Source: an uncultured Propionivibrio sp.
GTDB taxonomy: Bacteria; Pseudomonadota; Gammaproteobacteria; Burkholderiales; Rhodocyclaceae
Reading direction: 5' to 3'
DNA length: 40,494 nt
Assembly: GCA_964499185.1 (NCBI GenBank)
Contig: CAZCJW010000002.1
Location: forward strand, 1 to 40,494
Below, piece after piece: positions 7,598 through 18,016 of the stretch. The position numbers and the translations under genes were made by a program. The number at the start of each line of letters is the position of its first letter. The first letter of the stretch is position 1. The notes beneath the pieces were generated by a model. The model was not told the DNA's origin and made no database searches. It saw only the letters and a list, made by a program, of their open reading frames with translations.

Positions 7598-8623
7598 TCA
7601 TTGCCCCGCAATGGCGGACAGTTCGTCAAGCCAGGGACGCTTTTCTTCCTGCGTTACAAAAGCCGCCGTGAAGCTGTTGCGCGCGAGTTCGACCAGTTCC
7701 TCGCGGGAGAGGTCCAACGCATCGGCCGTTGCCAGGAAATTGGCGTTCATGTAGCCGCCGAAATACGCGGGATCGTCGGAATTGATCGTCACGCACAGGC
7801 CGGCCCGCAACAAGCGCGCCAGATTGTGCTCGCGCAGATCCTTGACCACGCAGAGCTTCAGGTTGGAGAGCGGGCATACCGTCAGCGGCATGCTGCTTTG
7901 CGCCAGCCGCTGCATCAGCACCGGATCTTCTTCCGAACGCACGCCATGGTCGATGCGCTCCACCTTCAGGACGTCGAGCGCACCGTGCACGTAGGCCGGC
8001 GGACCTTCCTCGCCCGCATGCGCCACCACGCAGAAACCGAGGTCGCGCGCCCGGGCGAACACGTTGGCGAATTTCTCCGGCGGATTGCCGACCTCTCCGG
8101 AATCCAGCCCGACACCGATCCACAGGTCTGCATACTCGGCACGCAGCGGCAGCGCCGCATCCAGCGTGGCGAAGGCATCGTCCTCGGACAGATGGCGCAG
8201 GAAGCAAAGGATCATGCGGCTGGAAAACCCATGCTCGGCGCGGGCCTGCCGCAGCGCCCCGGCGATCCCGGCAAACACGGTAGCCATGGAAACGCCCCTG
8301 ACCGTATGCGTCTGCGGATCGAAGAACAGTTCGGCGTGGCGCACATTGTCGGCCAGTGCGCGCCGCACGTAGGCCATGGTCAGGTCGTAAAAATCCTGCT
8401 CCGTCTGCAGCACCGCGGCGCCCGCGTAATACAGATCAAGGAAGGACTGCAGGTCGGTAAAGTTGTACGCGGCGCGAACCTCGTCCACCGAAGCATAAGG
8501 AAGCGTGACGCCGTTGCGCTGGGCGAGCGCAAACATCATTTCGGGCTCGAGCGAACCTTCGATGTGTAGATGCAGTTCCGCCTTGGGCAAGCGGCGGATG
8601 AAGTCGTGCAAGGAATTGTCCAT
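7598..8623 (-). CDS. add: Adenine/adenosine deaminase
   Basis: PKAELHLHIEGSLEPE, FFDPQTH, HAGEEG, RIDHG, TVCPLSN, NSDDPAYFGGY. Confidence 0.94.
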   Translation of the reverse strand: MDNSLHDFIRRLPKAELHLHIEGSLEPEMMFALAQRNGVTLPYASVDEVRAAYNFTDLQSFLDLYYAGAAVLQTEQDFYDLTMAYVRRALADNVRHAELFFDPQTHTVRGVSMATVFAGIAGALRQARAEHGFSSRMILCFLRHLSEDDAFATLDAALPLRAEYADLWIGVGLDSGEVGNPPEKFANVFARARDLGFCVVAHAGEEGPPAYVHGALDVLKVERIDHGVRSEEDPVLMQRLAQSSMPLTVCPLSNLKLCVVKDLREHNLARLLRAGLCVTINSDDPAYFGGYMNANFLATADALDLSREELVELARNSFTAAFVTQEEKRPWLDELSAIAGQ

Positions 8624-8642
8624 GGCTATCGGCAAGTGATAT

Positions 8643-9785
8643 TCAGGGGTGTGATTCTACCGTGTGCTCGCCACCGGCATCCGCGAAGCGCCGGGCGATA
8701 CTCTGGAATTCTTCCTGCCTGGCCAGGAAAGCGTCGACCACATCCGGGTCGAAGTGCCGTCCCTTTCCGTCCACGATGATCTTTGCGGCTTGCTCGTGGT
8801 CCATCGGGTCCTTGTAGATACGCCGGCAGATCAGGGCGTCGTAGACATCCGCCAGCGCCATCAACCTGGCCGACAAGGGAATGGCCTCGCCCGAAAGGCC
8901 TTGCGGGTAACCGGAGCCGTCCCACTTTTCCTGGTGACAATAGGCGATCTCCTTGGCCATGGTGAGAAACTCGACCTTCATGCCGAGTTGATTCTCTGCG
9001 GACTGGATCGCATTGCGCCCCAGTGTGGCATGCATCTGCATGATGCCGAATTCATCGGCATCCAGACGTCCCTGTTTGAGGAGGATACGGTCGGGAATAC
9101 CCACCTTGCCGATATCATGTAACGGCGCTGACTTGAACAGCATGGCGATGTAGTAATCGTCGAGCAGTGCGGCGTATTTCGGGCTCTTGCGCATTTCTTC
9201 GGCCAAGGCCTTGACGTAGAACTGGGTGCGCCGGATATGGCTGCCCGTATCGGAATCGCGCGTTTCCGCCAGCGAGGCCATGGCCAGGATGGTCACATCC
9301 TGAATCGCCATGATCTCCTTCGTACGTTTGGCCACCTCGCCTTCAAGATATTGCGCCTTGTCGCGCAGGAAATCGGCACTGGCTTTCAGCGCCAGATGAT
9401 TCTTGACGCGGGCCAGCACAATCGGTGGACTGATCGGCTTGGTGATGTAGTCTACTGCCCCCATCTCCAGCCCCTTCCTCTCGTCCTCCACCTCGGCCAG
9501 CGCGGTCAGGAAGATCACCGGAATGTCACGGGTCGCCGCATTCTGCTTCAGCCGCCGGCACACCTCGTAGCCATCCATCCCCGGCATCATGATGTCGAGC
9601 AGGATCAGATCGGGCGGAGGATCGGACTGGGCGATCTTCAGCGCTCGTTCGCCGCCGTTCGCCACCTTCACGCGATACAAGTCGCGCAACAGGCCGCTCA
9701 TCAGCGACAGATTGTCGGGGGTATCATCGACCACGAGCACCGTAGGCACCACCGGCCTTTCAGCGACATCGGCATGCAGTTCCAT
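8643..9785 (-). CDS. REC + HD-GYP response regulator (RpfG-like c-di-GMP phosphodiesterase)
   Basis: VVDD...LLDIMMPGMDG...KP receiver; ETRDSDTGSHIRR, LHDIGK, HQEKWDGSGYP, ADVYDAL. Confidence 0.94.
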   Translation of the reverse strand: MELHADVAERPVVPTVLVVDDTPDNLSLMSGLLRDLYRVKVANGGERALKIAQSDPPPDLILLDIMMPGMDGYEVCRRLKQNAATRDIPVIFLTALAEVEDERKGLEMGAVDYITKPISPPIVLARVKNHLALKASADFLRDKAQYLEGEVAKRTKEIMAIQDVTILAMASLAETRDSDTGSHIRRTQFYVKALAEEMRKSPKYAALLDDYYIAMLFKSAPLHDIGKVGIPDRILLKQGRLDADEFGIMQMHATLGRNAIQSAENQLGMKVEFLTMAKEIAYCHQEKWDGSGYPQGLSGEAIPLSARLMALADVYDALICRRIYKDPMDHEQAAKIIVDGKGRHFDPDVVDAFLARQEEFQSIARRFADAGGEHTVESHP

Positions 9786-9910
9786 TAATTCTTTGGCCTC
9801 TTTTTAAATTTGAGTGTGCAATCGAGAAGGCAACTACCGTGCTCGTTGGCATGCCAAAATCGAGCGCTGCCGGGCCAAGCGGGCCCTTGATGTGCCACCG
9901 ATCAACCTCA

Positions 9911-10051
9911 TTATCGATCAAGCGATTTCAGCAAAGTCGCATAAAGAACATCAGGCATGACCGGCTTGGCGATAGATCCATCCATTCCAGCTTCAATGCA
10001 GCGTAACCTGTCCTCAATGACCACATTGGCTGCAACAATGTTAAAGGGAGT
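9911..10051 (-). pseudogene. Remnant C-terminal half of a hybrid-kinase receiver domain
   Basis: Manual translation TPFNIVAANVVIEDRLRCIEAGMDGSIAKPVMPDVLYATLLKSLDR* resembles [46 protein letters not shown] in the kinase at 15576-17996; in-frame stop a few codons upstream, phospho-Asp half missing. Confidence 0.8.
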
Positions 10052-10104
10052 TAGCAATTGGACTGATAACTTATCTCAAAATAATTCTGGCCATTTATCT
10101 CGGA

Positions 10105-13100
10105 TCAAGTACCCTGTCGCCCCAACAGCACTTGGTCCTCGAACTCGCCGACGATCACCGGGCGACTAAACAAATAGCCCTGATACGCAACGCAGCCATG
10201 CTCTGCCAGATAGGCCTGTTGCTCCTTCGATTCCACGCCTTCAGCAATGACCTCAAGCCCCATGCTGATTCCAAGCGCAATGATCATTCTCGCAATGGCT
10301 GCATCGTTACTGTCTTCGAGCATGTCCCGGACAAACCCCTGATCAATCTTCAACTCGTCCAGTGGCAGGCGCTTGAGATAGGAGAGCGACGAGTACCCCG
10401 TCCCGAAATCATCGAGAGCGAAGCTGACACCCCGTAATTTCAGTGCCGCCATTTTGGCGATGGTATCTTCGACGTTATCGAGCAGAAGGTTCTCTGTCAG
10501 TTCAAGTTTCAGCCGCCCGGAATTCACTCCGTATCGGTGCAATAGCGCGGACACTTCCTCGACAAAATCGGGCTGCTTGAACTGCCGGGCGCTGACATTG
10601 ACAGACAGTGTCAGGTTCTTGAATCCGGGCCGATCCGCCCAGTCATGGAGTTGCTTGCAAGCAAACTTAAGAACCCAATGCCCGATTGAAAGGATCAACG
10701 GCCCCTCTTCGGCCACGGGTATAAATTCTGACGGAGAAACCTGCCCTCGCAAAGGATGAGTCCATCGAATCAAAACCTCTGCACCGATAATTTCGTGATT
10801 CTTGATCTGGGCTTGATAGTGCAACAGGAATTGTTCCTTGATCAAAGCTTCGCGCAAGTCGGCTTCAAGCAATGCCCGCTTGGTGACGGCTTCCTGCATT
10901 TCCGGATCGAAAAATCGCAGCGTGTTGCGACCGGAAGATTTGGCTCGGTACATTGCCAGGTCGGCACGGCGAAGAATATCGTCAGTACCGGCATTCCCGG
11001 AAAACATGGTAATTCCTATGCTGGCCGTGCTAGTCAGATCGACGCCATTGATTGAATACGGCGCGGATATCCCGTTGATTATTGTTTCGCAAACAACCTT
11101 CGCCTGCGAAGCTGCCTCATGAATCTGATCACTGAGATTCTCGATCAGAACAACAAATTCATCCCCTCCGAGGCGAGCGATCGTATCGCTCTCGCGCACA
11201 CAGGATTTCAGCCTCTGGGCCACCTGTATCAGAAGCTGATCGCCCCACTCATGGCCATAGACATCATTCACCCTGTTGAAATTATCCAGATCAATGAGGA
11301 TCAGAGACCCTTCCCGATGATTCCGGGCAAAGACAACGACCGCATGCTGCAACCGTTCAATTAGTAGTCGACGATTTGGCAACCCGGTCAGAACATCATA
11401 ATAAGCCAGGGTATTGATCACCTCCTTGTCTTCCTTGCTCTCGGTGATATTTTCCTTGACCGCCACATAATTCGTGATCCGTCCGTCTTGTTGCCTCAAC
11501 GGAGCGATCACTGCGTACTCGGTGTAGCATTTGCCGTCCTTGCGACGATTAACCATCTCGCCCTTCCAGACCTGCCCACTGGACAGCGCTCGCCACATAT
11601 CGACAAATACATGGGGCGCAGTTTTTCCGGACTGAAGAATTCTCGGGTTTTTACCCAATACCTCATGCATCTGATAACCGGAGTGCGTCAGAAATGCTTC
11701 ATTGACGTACTCTATTGTTCCGTCGATATCAGTTATCACGATACTGCTCGGGCTCTGTTCCACCGCCAGGGAGACTTTTTTCAGTTGCGTTTCCGCCCGC
11801 TTCCGCTCAGTCAGGTCAACATCCAGACAGAACAGTTCCGGCTCGCCCGAAGTCGCAGAGGAGACCAGTGCGTGACTGGAAAAAACGGCTACCAAGCCGC
11901 CATGCTTGTTCTTGAGAAGCAACTCGCCGGAAGGAATCGGCTGACCGGTCGCATTCATGGTTTGTATGGCCTGTTCAACCTCCGACTTCATGTCCTCCGG
12001 AATAATCAGAGAATACAGATTTGACCCGACGGCCTCTTCCTTGCTGTATCCATAAAGTTGCTCCGATGCTTGATTCCAGAACGTAACAGTCCCATCCAGC
12101 TTGTAGCCCTGAACAGCAACTGTCGCGACGTTTTCCATCAGAGATCGGAATCTGAGCTCGCTTTTCGCAAGCTCGCGATCGGCGTGCAGACGCTCTTCCC
12201 TGCGTTTCTCGGCTTCCATCGCTTTGGTAGCGTGCAGTGCCTGGGCCGCTCGCTGGCGGTACCAATCAAGGGAAAAAAAGACGATCGTGGCCAGAAGGAG
12301 GCTCAATAAAGAACCAATGATAATGACGATGCGCGACCTGCCGCCTGTCTCTTCAAGGCCAAAATCCGGCAGCGGATGAAAATTGATCATCCACTGATGC
12401 CCGCCAAGCGGTAATGAGCGCACATAAATGCCCCCGTAACCCGCCGACGGGGTACCGTCGGGAAAATCGGCGGATTGATAGAAAAGACTGGTTTCTGTCG
12501 CTTCGCTTCCGTCAAAAATTCGAACTATCAGGGAACCCACACCGGACGGAAAACTCCGTTTGAACAGGTCCGAGAGACGGAACGGCGCATCCACCCAACC
12601 GATAAAATTGATGCGCCGCTGTTCGAGATGTCCGGATGAAAAACCGTAACGATAAATCGGGACGTACATCACGAACCCAGGCTCTTTGCTCCCATCGTCC
12701 TGAGCCAGAACCAGCTTTCTTGAAATAGACATCTCCCCGGTATCACGCGCACGCTCGATTGCGTGACGTTCAATATCTATCCCTAGTGGATCAAAACCAA
12801 CTACCTTTCTGTTCGCGCGGTCAAAAGGTTCGATGTACACCAAGGGCGCATATAACTCCGTTTCTCGCTCGGGGAAAATCCTGTAGTCGGAAAACCCCTC
12901 TTTTCGTACTGCCGACAAGTGCGCATCAAGCTCCTTACGCGGGACCAACTCGTGGAAAGCGATAGCGGTAAATGCCGTCCGGGCCTCCGTATGTGCTGAC
13001 AAACCCAGCGATTCGAAGTAACGCCGGAAATCTGTCCGAGACACATAGCTGCTGGAGTTGAACAAGCCCCGAAAACCCTTGAGCATGAGTTCATGCTGAG

Positions 13101-13344
13101 CAATTTCTTCAGCAAGCCTGCGAGTGATCTGGTCAATTTTCAGCTCAAGCAGAACGCTCCTCTGCTGTTGTGCTTCCTGTTGGGCATATCGCCAGAACAT
13201 CCCGGTCGCGCTCAATCCGATCAGCAGGACGACCCATCCGATCTTCCAGGGCTTCGCGCGAACAAGCGCCGACTGGCTCAGAGCATCGGTATCGGAGGCT
13301 TGTACCACGGTAGTTTCGGGAAGCTCGCTCATCTCCACATTCAT
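10105..13344 (-). CDS. Membrane CHASE-PAS-PAS-GGDEF-EAL diguanylate cyclase/phosphodiesterase
   Basis: TM, CHASE (YIEP...N.KVVGFD, R.AIERARDTG, GFVMYVPIY), TM, two PAS, YYDVLTGLPNR, RESD I-site + RLGGDEF, EVLIRW, DDFGTGYSSLSYL, KIDQ, AEGVE, QGYLF. Confidence 0.95.
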   Translation of the reverse strand: MNVEMSELPETTVVQASDTDALSQSALVRAKPWKIGWVVLLIGLSATGMFWRYAQQEAQQQRSVLLELKIDQITRRLAEEIAQHELMLKGFRGLFNSSSYVSRTDFRRYFESLGLSAHTEARTAFTAIAFHELVPRKELDAHLSAVRKEGFSDYRIFPERETELYAPLVYIEPFDRANRKVVGFDPLGIDIERHAIERARDTGEMSISRKLVLAQDDGSKEPGFVMYVPIYRYGFSSGHLEQRRINFIGWVDAPFRLSDLFKRSFPSGVGSLIVRIFDGSEATETSLFYQSADFPDGTPSAGYGGIYVRSLPLGGHQWMINFHPLPDFGLEETGGRSRIVIIIGSLLSLLLATIVFFSLDWYRQRAAQALHATKAMEAEKRREERLHADRELAKSELRFRSLMENVATVAVQGYKLDGTVTFWNQASEQLYGYSKEEAVGSNLYSLIIPEDMKSEVEQAIQTMNATGQPIPSGELLLKNKHGGLVAVFSSHALVSSATSGEPELFCLDVDLTERKRAETQLKKVSLAVEQSPSSIVITDIDGTIEYVNEAFLTHSGYQMHEVLGKNPRILQSGKTAPHVFVDMWRALSSGQVWKGEMVNRRKDGKCYTEYAVIAPLRQQDGRITNYVAVKENITESKEDKEVINTLAYYDVLTGLPNRRLLIERLQHAVVVFARNHREGSLILIDLDNFNRVNDVYGHEWGDQLLIQVAQRLKSCVRESDTIARLGGDEFVVLIENLSDQIHEAASQAKVVCETIINGISAPYSINGVDLTSTASIGITMFSGNAGTDDILRRADLAMYRAKSSGRNTLRFFDPEMQEAVTKRALLEADLREALIKEQFLLHYQAQIKNHEIIGAEVLIRWTHPLRGQVSPSEFIPVAEEGPLILSIGHWVLKFACKQLHDWADRPGFKNLTLSVNVSARQFKQPDFVEEVSALLHRYGVNSGRLKLELTENLLLDNVEDTIAKMAALKLRGVSFALDDFGTGYSSLSYLKRLPLDELKIDQGFVRDMLEDSNDAAIARMIIALGISMGLEVIAEGVESKEQQAYLAEHGCVAYQGYLFSRPVIVGEFEDQVLLGRQGT

Positions 13345-13464
13345 TCATGGGCGCAACGTTGACAGAATAGCTCGAAAGCACGCGCGTACAAGCGCTTGAA
13401 TGAATCCCGCATACCGACAAGACGAGCAAGACAGGCCGCCATCGATCCCACCCCTGAACCCGCT

Positions 13465-15498
13465 TCAGAGCTTGAACTGCGCCACAGTCGCCCGGACTTC
13501 CTCGCCGAGACGAACGACGTCTTCGGCAGACTGCCGGGACTGCTGGGCGGCGTGATTGCTTTCTTCGGCGACCTGGGCCACCTTTTCGGTCTGGTTGGCC
13601 ATGTTCTGGCTGGCGGCACTTGATTCGGCAAGCGATTCGGTAATCTGGCGCACGACAGCCACCACCCGGTCGGCGCCACTCTGGATGCCATTGATCGCCG
13701 CCCCGGCTTCGGTGGCCAGTGCCGAACCGTGCTCGATCTGGTTCATGGCCTCGGTCATCGCGTGTACCGCGTCACGCGCCCGGGTGTCGATGGCCCCGGT
13801 CATGCGCGCGATTTCATCGGTCGCCTTGGTGGTGCGCTCGGCCAGTTTGCGCACTTCGTCGGCCACTACGGCAAATCCGCGCCCCTGTTCGCCAGCTCGG
13901 GCAGCCTCGATCGCTGCATTGAGGGCCAGCAGGTTGGTCTGCTCGGCCACATCCTTGATTACCGAGACGATGCCCGAGATATGCTTCGATTCTTCACCGA
14001 GCGCGCCGATCGCCGCCGAGGTCGTTTGCATGGTAACGGCGATGGCATTCATTTCCGAGGTCGCCTTCAGGATGATCGTTCCGCCATCGCGGGAAGCCGC
14101 GCCGGCCACCTGCGACAGCTTGGCCGCTTCGCCCGCACTGTCGGAGATCTGGCTGATGCCAACACTCATTTCTTCCACCGACGCCGCCATGTCGCTCGCT
14201 GCATCGCTGGCCTTGCCGGAATTGGCGGCGGTATCCTGGGCGGCAGAAGATAACTGGCGAGCCGCACCGTCAAGATGCTCGACGCGGACCAGTATCTCTC
14301 CAAATGCGCTGCGTAGCGTCTGCATCAGGCGCTGTACGGCGCCGATCGTCTGCCCCACTTCGTCGTTGGCGTGTATCGTCAGGCTCAGCGTAAGGTCGCG
14401 GTGCTGCGCTACCTCGGTACAGAATTGTTGCAGTTCGGTCAGCGGCCGCGTCACCACGCGCCGCACTACCAGATAGATGAGCAGCGGCAGTAACAGCAGC
14501 AAGGCCACCCCGGCGATGAGAACGACACGTCCGACGGCAATCACGCCCTGTGACAGTTCCGCTTGGTCGGCCCGGGTGGCGATGATCCAGGCAAAGGGAT
14601 CAAAAGTGGCAAACTGCAAGACGCTATCGGAGGCCGAGGCAGCCGTTCCTTTCCAGAGGTAATGAATGACCCCGTTTTTCTTATCCAGCATTTCCTGGAT
14701 GAAGGGGCGGCCATTCTCGTCCTTCATGTCCAGAGCACTCTTTCCTTCCAAGCTCGGATGCGCGACGAATTGGCCGTACTCAGGCGCGCCACTGCGGCTG
14801 TTGAGTACAAATACGTAGCCGGTCTGACCAATGCGGATGGCCTTCAGGCGCTCCTTGAGCTTGGAAAGGTTTTCAGTGAGATCAACGCCCACAAAAAGGA
14901 CACCGAGGTTCTGCCCGCCGACGGTAATCGGCTGGTAGCGGGTGTAGTAGTCACGTCCGAACAGCCGGGCGATGCCGTGGAACTCCTGACCGGCCTTGAG
15001 GCGGGCATAGGCCGGATGACCGCGGTCGAGTACCGTGCCAACGGCCCGATTGCCGTCTTCCTTCTTGAGCGAGGTGGTCACACGTACAAAATCCTCGCCG
15101 TCGCGGGCAAACAGGGTGGCCACCGTTTTGGATTCAGCAAAGAAACGGTCCAGCCAGGCCGACTCGTTATTGATGAGCGTCGTGCCGTTGTAGAGGGCAG
15201 GCGTATCGCGTTCACCGACCTGGACGCGAACCGTGTCATCCAGCCGGTAGGTTTCGGGGTAACCCAGCTTGACTGCCCCAAGCAGTCGTTCGCTGGTAAG
15301 TTCGAGTTCCTTGGCAAAGGCTTCGACGGTTCCAACCACCTGCGTGTTGACCGTGCCGCTGAATTCTTCGGCCGTTTTGGCGGCATAGCGGTCGGCGACA
15401 CGCTGGATGACCACTCCGGCCACTACAAATGACACCAATACGGCAAGCACAATGGCAAGCACAAGTTTCTGGCCAACACGCAGACGGGAAAGACTCAT
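13465..15498 (-). CDS. Methyl-accepting chemotaxis protein with Cache_3-Cache_2-type sensor
   Basis: ATLF...[21 protein letters not shown] sensor motif, [41 protein letters not shown]. Confidence 0.96.
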   Translation of the reverse strand: MSLSRLRVGQKLVLAIVLAVLVSFVVAGVVIQRVADRYAAKTAEEFSGTVNTQVVGTVEAFAKELELTSERLLGAVKLGYPETYRLDDTVRVQVGERDTPALYNGTTLINNESAWLDRFFAESKTVATLFARDGEDFVRVTTSLKKEDGNRAVGTVLDRGHPAYARLKAGQEFHGIARLFGRDYYTRYQPITVGGQNLGVLFVGVDLTENLSKLKERLKAIRIGQTGYVFVLNSRSGAPEYGQFVAHPSLEGKSALDMKDENGRPFIQEMLDKKNGVIHYLWKGTAASASDSVLQFATFDPFAWIIATRADQAELSQGVIAVGRVVLIAGVALLLLLPLLIYLVVRRVVTRPLTELQQFCTEVAQHRDLTLSLTIHANDEVGQTIGAVQRLMQTLRSAFGEILVRVEHLDGAARQLSSAAQDTAANSGKASDAASDMAASVEEMSVGISQISDSAGEAAKLSQVAGAASRDGGTIILKATSEMNAIAVTMQTTSAAIGALGEESKHISGIVSVIKDVAEQTNLLALNAAIEAARAGEQGRGFAVVADEVRKLAERTTKATDEIARMTGAIDTRARDAVHAMTEAMNQIEHGSALATEAGAAINGIQSGADRVVAVVRQITESLAESSAASQNMANQTEKVAQVAEESNHAAQQSRQSAEDVVRLGEEVRATVAQFKL

Positions 15499-15575
15499 TT
15501 GTTACTCCGTGAGATAGATAAAATTTTGACTCGAAGATTCTCTGCGACGGGGTAAATATCGGCGGCAAGACTACC

Positions 15576-17996
15576 TCACCCCTTTTTTTTGTCAGTTGCT
15601 GGTACATACGCCCTGATTTTCAGGTCGTGATGCGCGATATGGTCGGTGATCCAGGACTTGACCAGCCTCACTACCTCGGCGCAATCCGTGGCTTTCCCCT
15701 GCATCAGATTCAGATTCAGTCGGCTGTATTGGTCAAAGATATGGTGGTGGGCGCGAACGTGGCTATCAACAACCGCCTCGGGCATGCCGAGCGACCGCAT
15801 AAGATTTTCCTCGGCAATGCAATGCGCCTTGAGTTGCTGTCCAATCTGGCTCAGGATCTCCGAAAAGATTTCGGTACCCGGATATACATTAGGATTGCTT
15901 ATCAAGCGATCGAGTTGGCGGACGAGGTCATGGTGTTCCCGGTCGATGGCTGGGATGCCTATCCTCAGAGTGGGGTCAATGCCCGCACGCTCGGAAGGTT
16001 CCTCGATCGCTTTCAGCAGCGTGGAGTACAGCACCTCCGGCACAAAAGGCTTGGCGATGAAATCATTCATTCCGGCGTCGATGCAGCGCGCCCGATCTTC
16101 GGAAAAGATATTGGCGGTCATGGCCAGAATTGGGGTCTTGTCGCGGCCCGGTATCGCACGAATCTGCCGGGTCGCTTCCAGACCATCGAGGTTCGGCATC
16201 TGCATGTCCATCAGGATGGCGGCGTAGTCAGTCTCACGGGCCATACGGATGGCCTCAAGACCGTCTTCAGCGGTATCCACGTCAAGTCCGATGTCTTCGA
16301 GCATGAACCTGGCGACTTCAAGATTCATCGGCTCGTCGTCCACAATCAGAATGCGCCGGCCTCCATGACGATCCTTGAGCGCATGCTCGGCTTCCGAGTA
16401 GGCGGGCAGAAGCAACGTGTTCTGGTCATCGATCTTGCTCAGGCGCGCGGTGAACCAGAAGGTGCTGCCGACGCCGGGTGTACTCTCGACGCCCACTTCA
16501 CCCCCCATCAATGTGGCCAATCGCTGTGTGATGGACAAACCCAGTCCCGTACCGCCGTATTTTCGCGTGGTTGAACTGTCGGCCTGGAAAAATTCCGTGA
16601 ACAAGCGAGGCAGCACCTCGGGGGCAATGCCAATCCCGGTATCCTGAACTTCGAAACGGATCATTACCGAATCAGCGCTTTCCTGCTGCGTGAGCGTGCG
16701 TAGGGTGATGGTTCCGTGATCGGTGAATTTGATGGCGTTGCCGACGTAGTTGATCAGGGCCTGTTGCAATCGGGTCGGATCGCCCTTCAATTCGGGCCAG
16801 TGAGCATCCAGTTCTACCTGGAGCAAAAGCCCCTTGGCTTGTGCCCGGGCCGCCAGGATGGACCTGACATTATTCAGTAGCGCATCGATGTCTACCGGAA
16901 CTTCTTCCAGCATCACTTTCCCGGCTTCGATCTTGGACAGGTCGAGTATGTCGTTGATGGTGCTGAGCAGATGTTCCGCGGAGGCGTCGATCTTGTCGAG
17001 GCGTTCGGCCTGCAGGGGGGTGACGTTACTCCGCCGCAGGACGTGGGTCATGCCGATGATGCCGTTCAACGGCGTGCGGATTTCATGGCTCATGTTGGCC
17101 AGGAAAGTGCTCTTGGCGAGGTTGGCGGCCTCGGCTTGCTCCCTGGCTTGGGTGAGCTGCAGATTGGCGGCCTCGAGGTCGGCGGTGCGCGCGAGGACGC
17201 GCTGCTCGAGATTGGCATTAAGCTGTCTAACCTCGGCCTCGGCCGTTTTCCTGCGCTCATTGGCCGCAAGAAGCCGTTCCGACAAACTGCGAAATGCACT
17301 GATCAAGGTCGCCACCTCATCGTTCCGATGCGCCATCTCCAGCGACTGACCGAGTTGCTCTTCGTTCATTACCGAGAGTTTCTCTGCCAACGCAAGGATC
17401 GGGCGAACAAAACCTTTGGCAACCCAGGCAAAGACCAATACGCCAACGCAGGCGCTCAGGATCATGATCACAAGGGCAATCCGCAAAAAGCGGTCACGCT
17501 CTGCGTTGACTTCCTTTTCCGAAATGGCGAGGAGAATCCGCCAGCGCCATTCGGGAAAGGTATCGAAATAAACAATGGACGGACTGCCTGCAACCATCAA
17601 CCTTGCATGACCTGGTCCATTCCAAATAACCTCTTCAAGCGCTGCCTCGTTCAGATCGGTATCGTGGCGGTCACTCGGGGCAGAGACTATCCGGCCATCA
17701 TCGGATATGAAGTAAAGCCGCCCAGTCGCTCCGATTCGAAAACTCCGAAATTTCTGAATGACTTCCTGTTGGGCGCTAGCACGATAGGATTCCAGCGTAT
17801 TGACGCCAGCGTCTTCGAGTATCCGTTGGGCTTCGTCCAGTTCGTTCCGTATCCAGCCCACCTCTGAACGCATTCGCGCCTCGCCGAGATCATGGGCCAG
17901 TCTCTGTATCACCGCTACCGCGGCAAGCGAAACAAAAAACGAAACGCCCAGAATGACGGCAACGGCAAGAAGGTTGAGCTGAGACTTGAGGCGCAT
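15576..17996 (-). CDS. Hybrid histidine kinase: Cache-like-HAMP-HisKA-HATPase-REC-bacteriohemerythrin
   Basis: [37 protein letters not shown] (VDD, LMDMQMP, KP), C-terminal [10 protein letters not shown]...HCIAEE...HVRAH...[10 protein letters not shown]. Confidence 0.93.
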   Translation of the reverse strand: MRLKSQLNLLAVAVILGVSFFVSLAAVAVIQRLAHDLGEARMRSEVGWIRNELDEAQRILEDAGVNTLESYRASAQQEVIQKFRSFRIGATGRLYFISDDGRIVSAPSDRHDTDLNEAALEEVIWNGPGHARLMVAGSPSIVYFDTFPEWRWRILLAISEKEVNAERDRFLRIALVIMILSACVGVLVFAWVAKGFVRPILALAEKLSVMNEEQLGQSLEMAHRNDEVATLISAFRSLSERLLAANERRKTAEAEVRQLNANLEQRVLARTADLEAANLQLTQAREQAEAANLAKSTFLANMSHEIRTPLNGIIGMTHVLRRSNVTPLQAERLDKIDASAEHLLSTINDILDLSKIEAGKVMLEEVPVDIDALLNNVRSILAARAQAKGLLLQVELDAHWPELKGDPTRLQQALINYVGNAIKFTDHGTITLRTLTQQESADSVMIRFEVQDTGIGIAPEVLPRLFTEFFQADSSTTRKYGGTGLGLSITQRLATLMGGEVGVESTPGVGSTFWFTARLSKIDDQNTLLLPAYSEAEHALKDRHGGRRILIVDDEPMNLEVARFMLEDIGLDVDTAEDGLEAIRMARETDYAAILMDMQMPNLDGLEATRQIRAIPGRDKTPILAMTANIFSEDRARCIDAGMNDFIAKPFVPEVLYSTLLKAIEEPSERAGIDPTLRIGIPAIDREHHDLVRQLDRLISNPNVYPGTEIFSEILSQIGQQLKAHCIAEENLMRSLGMPEAVVDSHVRAHHHIFDQYSRLNLNLMQGKATDCAEVVRLVKSWITDHIAHHDLKIRAYVPATDKKKG

Positions 17997-18016
17997 GTGA
18001 TGTCAATCTCGGCTAA

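Noticed and set aside
9846-9897. Palindrome TTGGCATGCCAA and a TGGCAC-N-GC sigma54-like string upstream of the HD-GYP gene
   Set aside because: -12 element is GGGC rather than TTGC; short palindrome may be chance.
13339-13405. 9-bp inverted repeat (ATTCATTCA/TGAATGAAT) covering the GGDEF-EAL start codon
   Set aside because: Short, AT-rich, long loop; cannot be distinguished from chance without conservation data.
15556-15585. sigma28 promoter for the MCP (GCCGATAT on minus strand)
   Set aside because: -10 matches but there is no TAAA-like -35 at the right spacing; unsupported.
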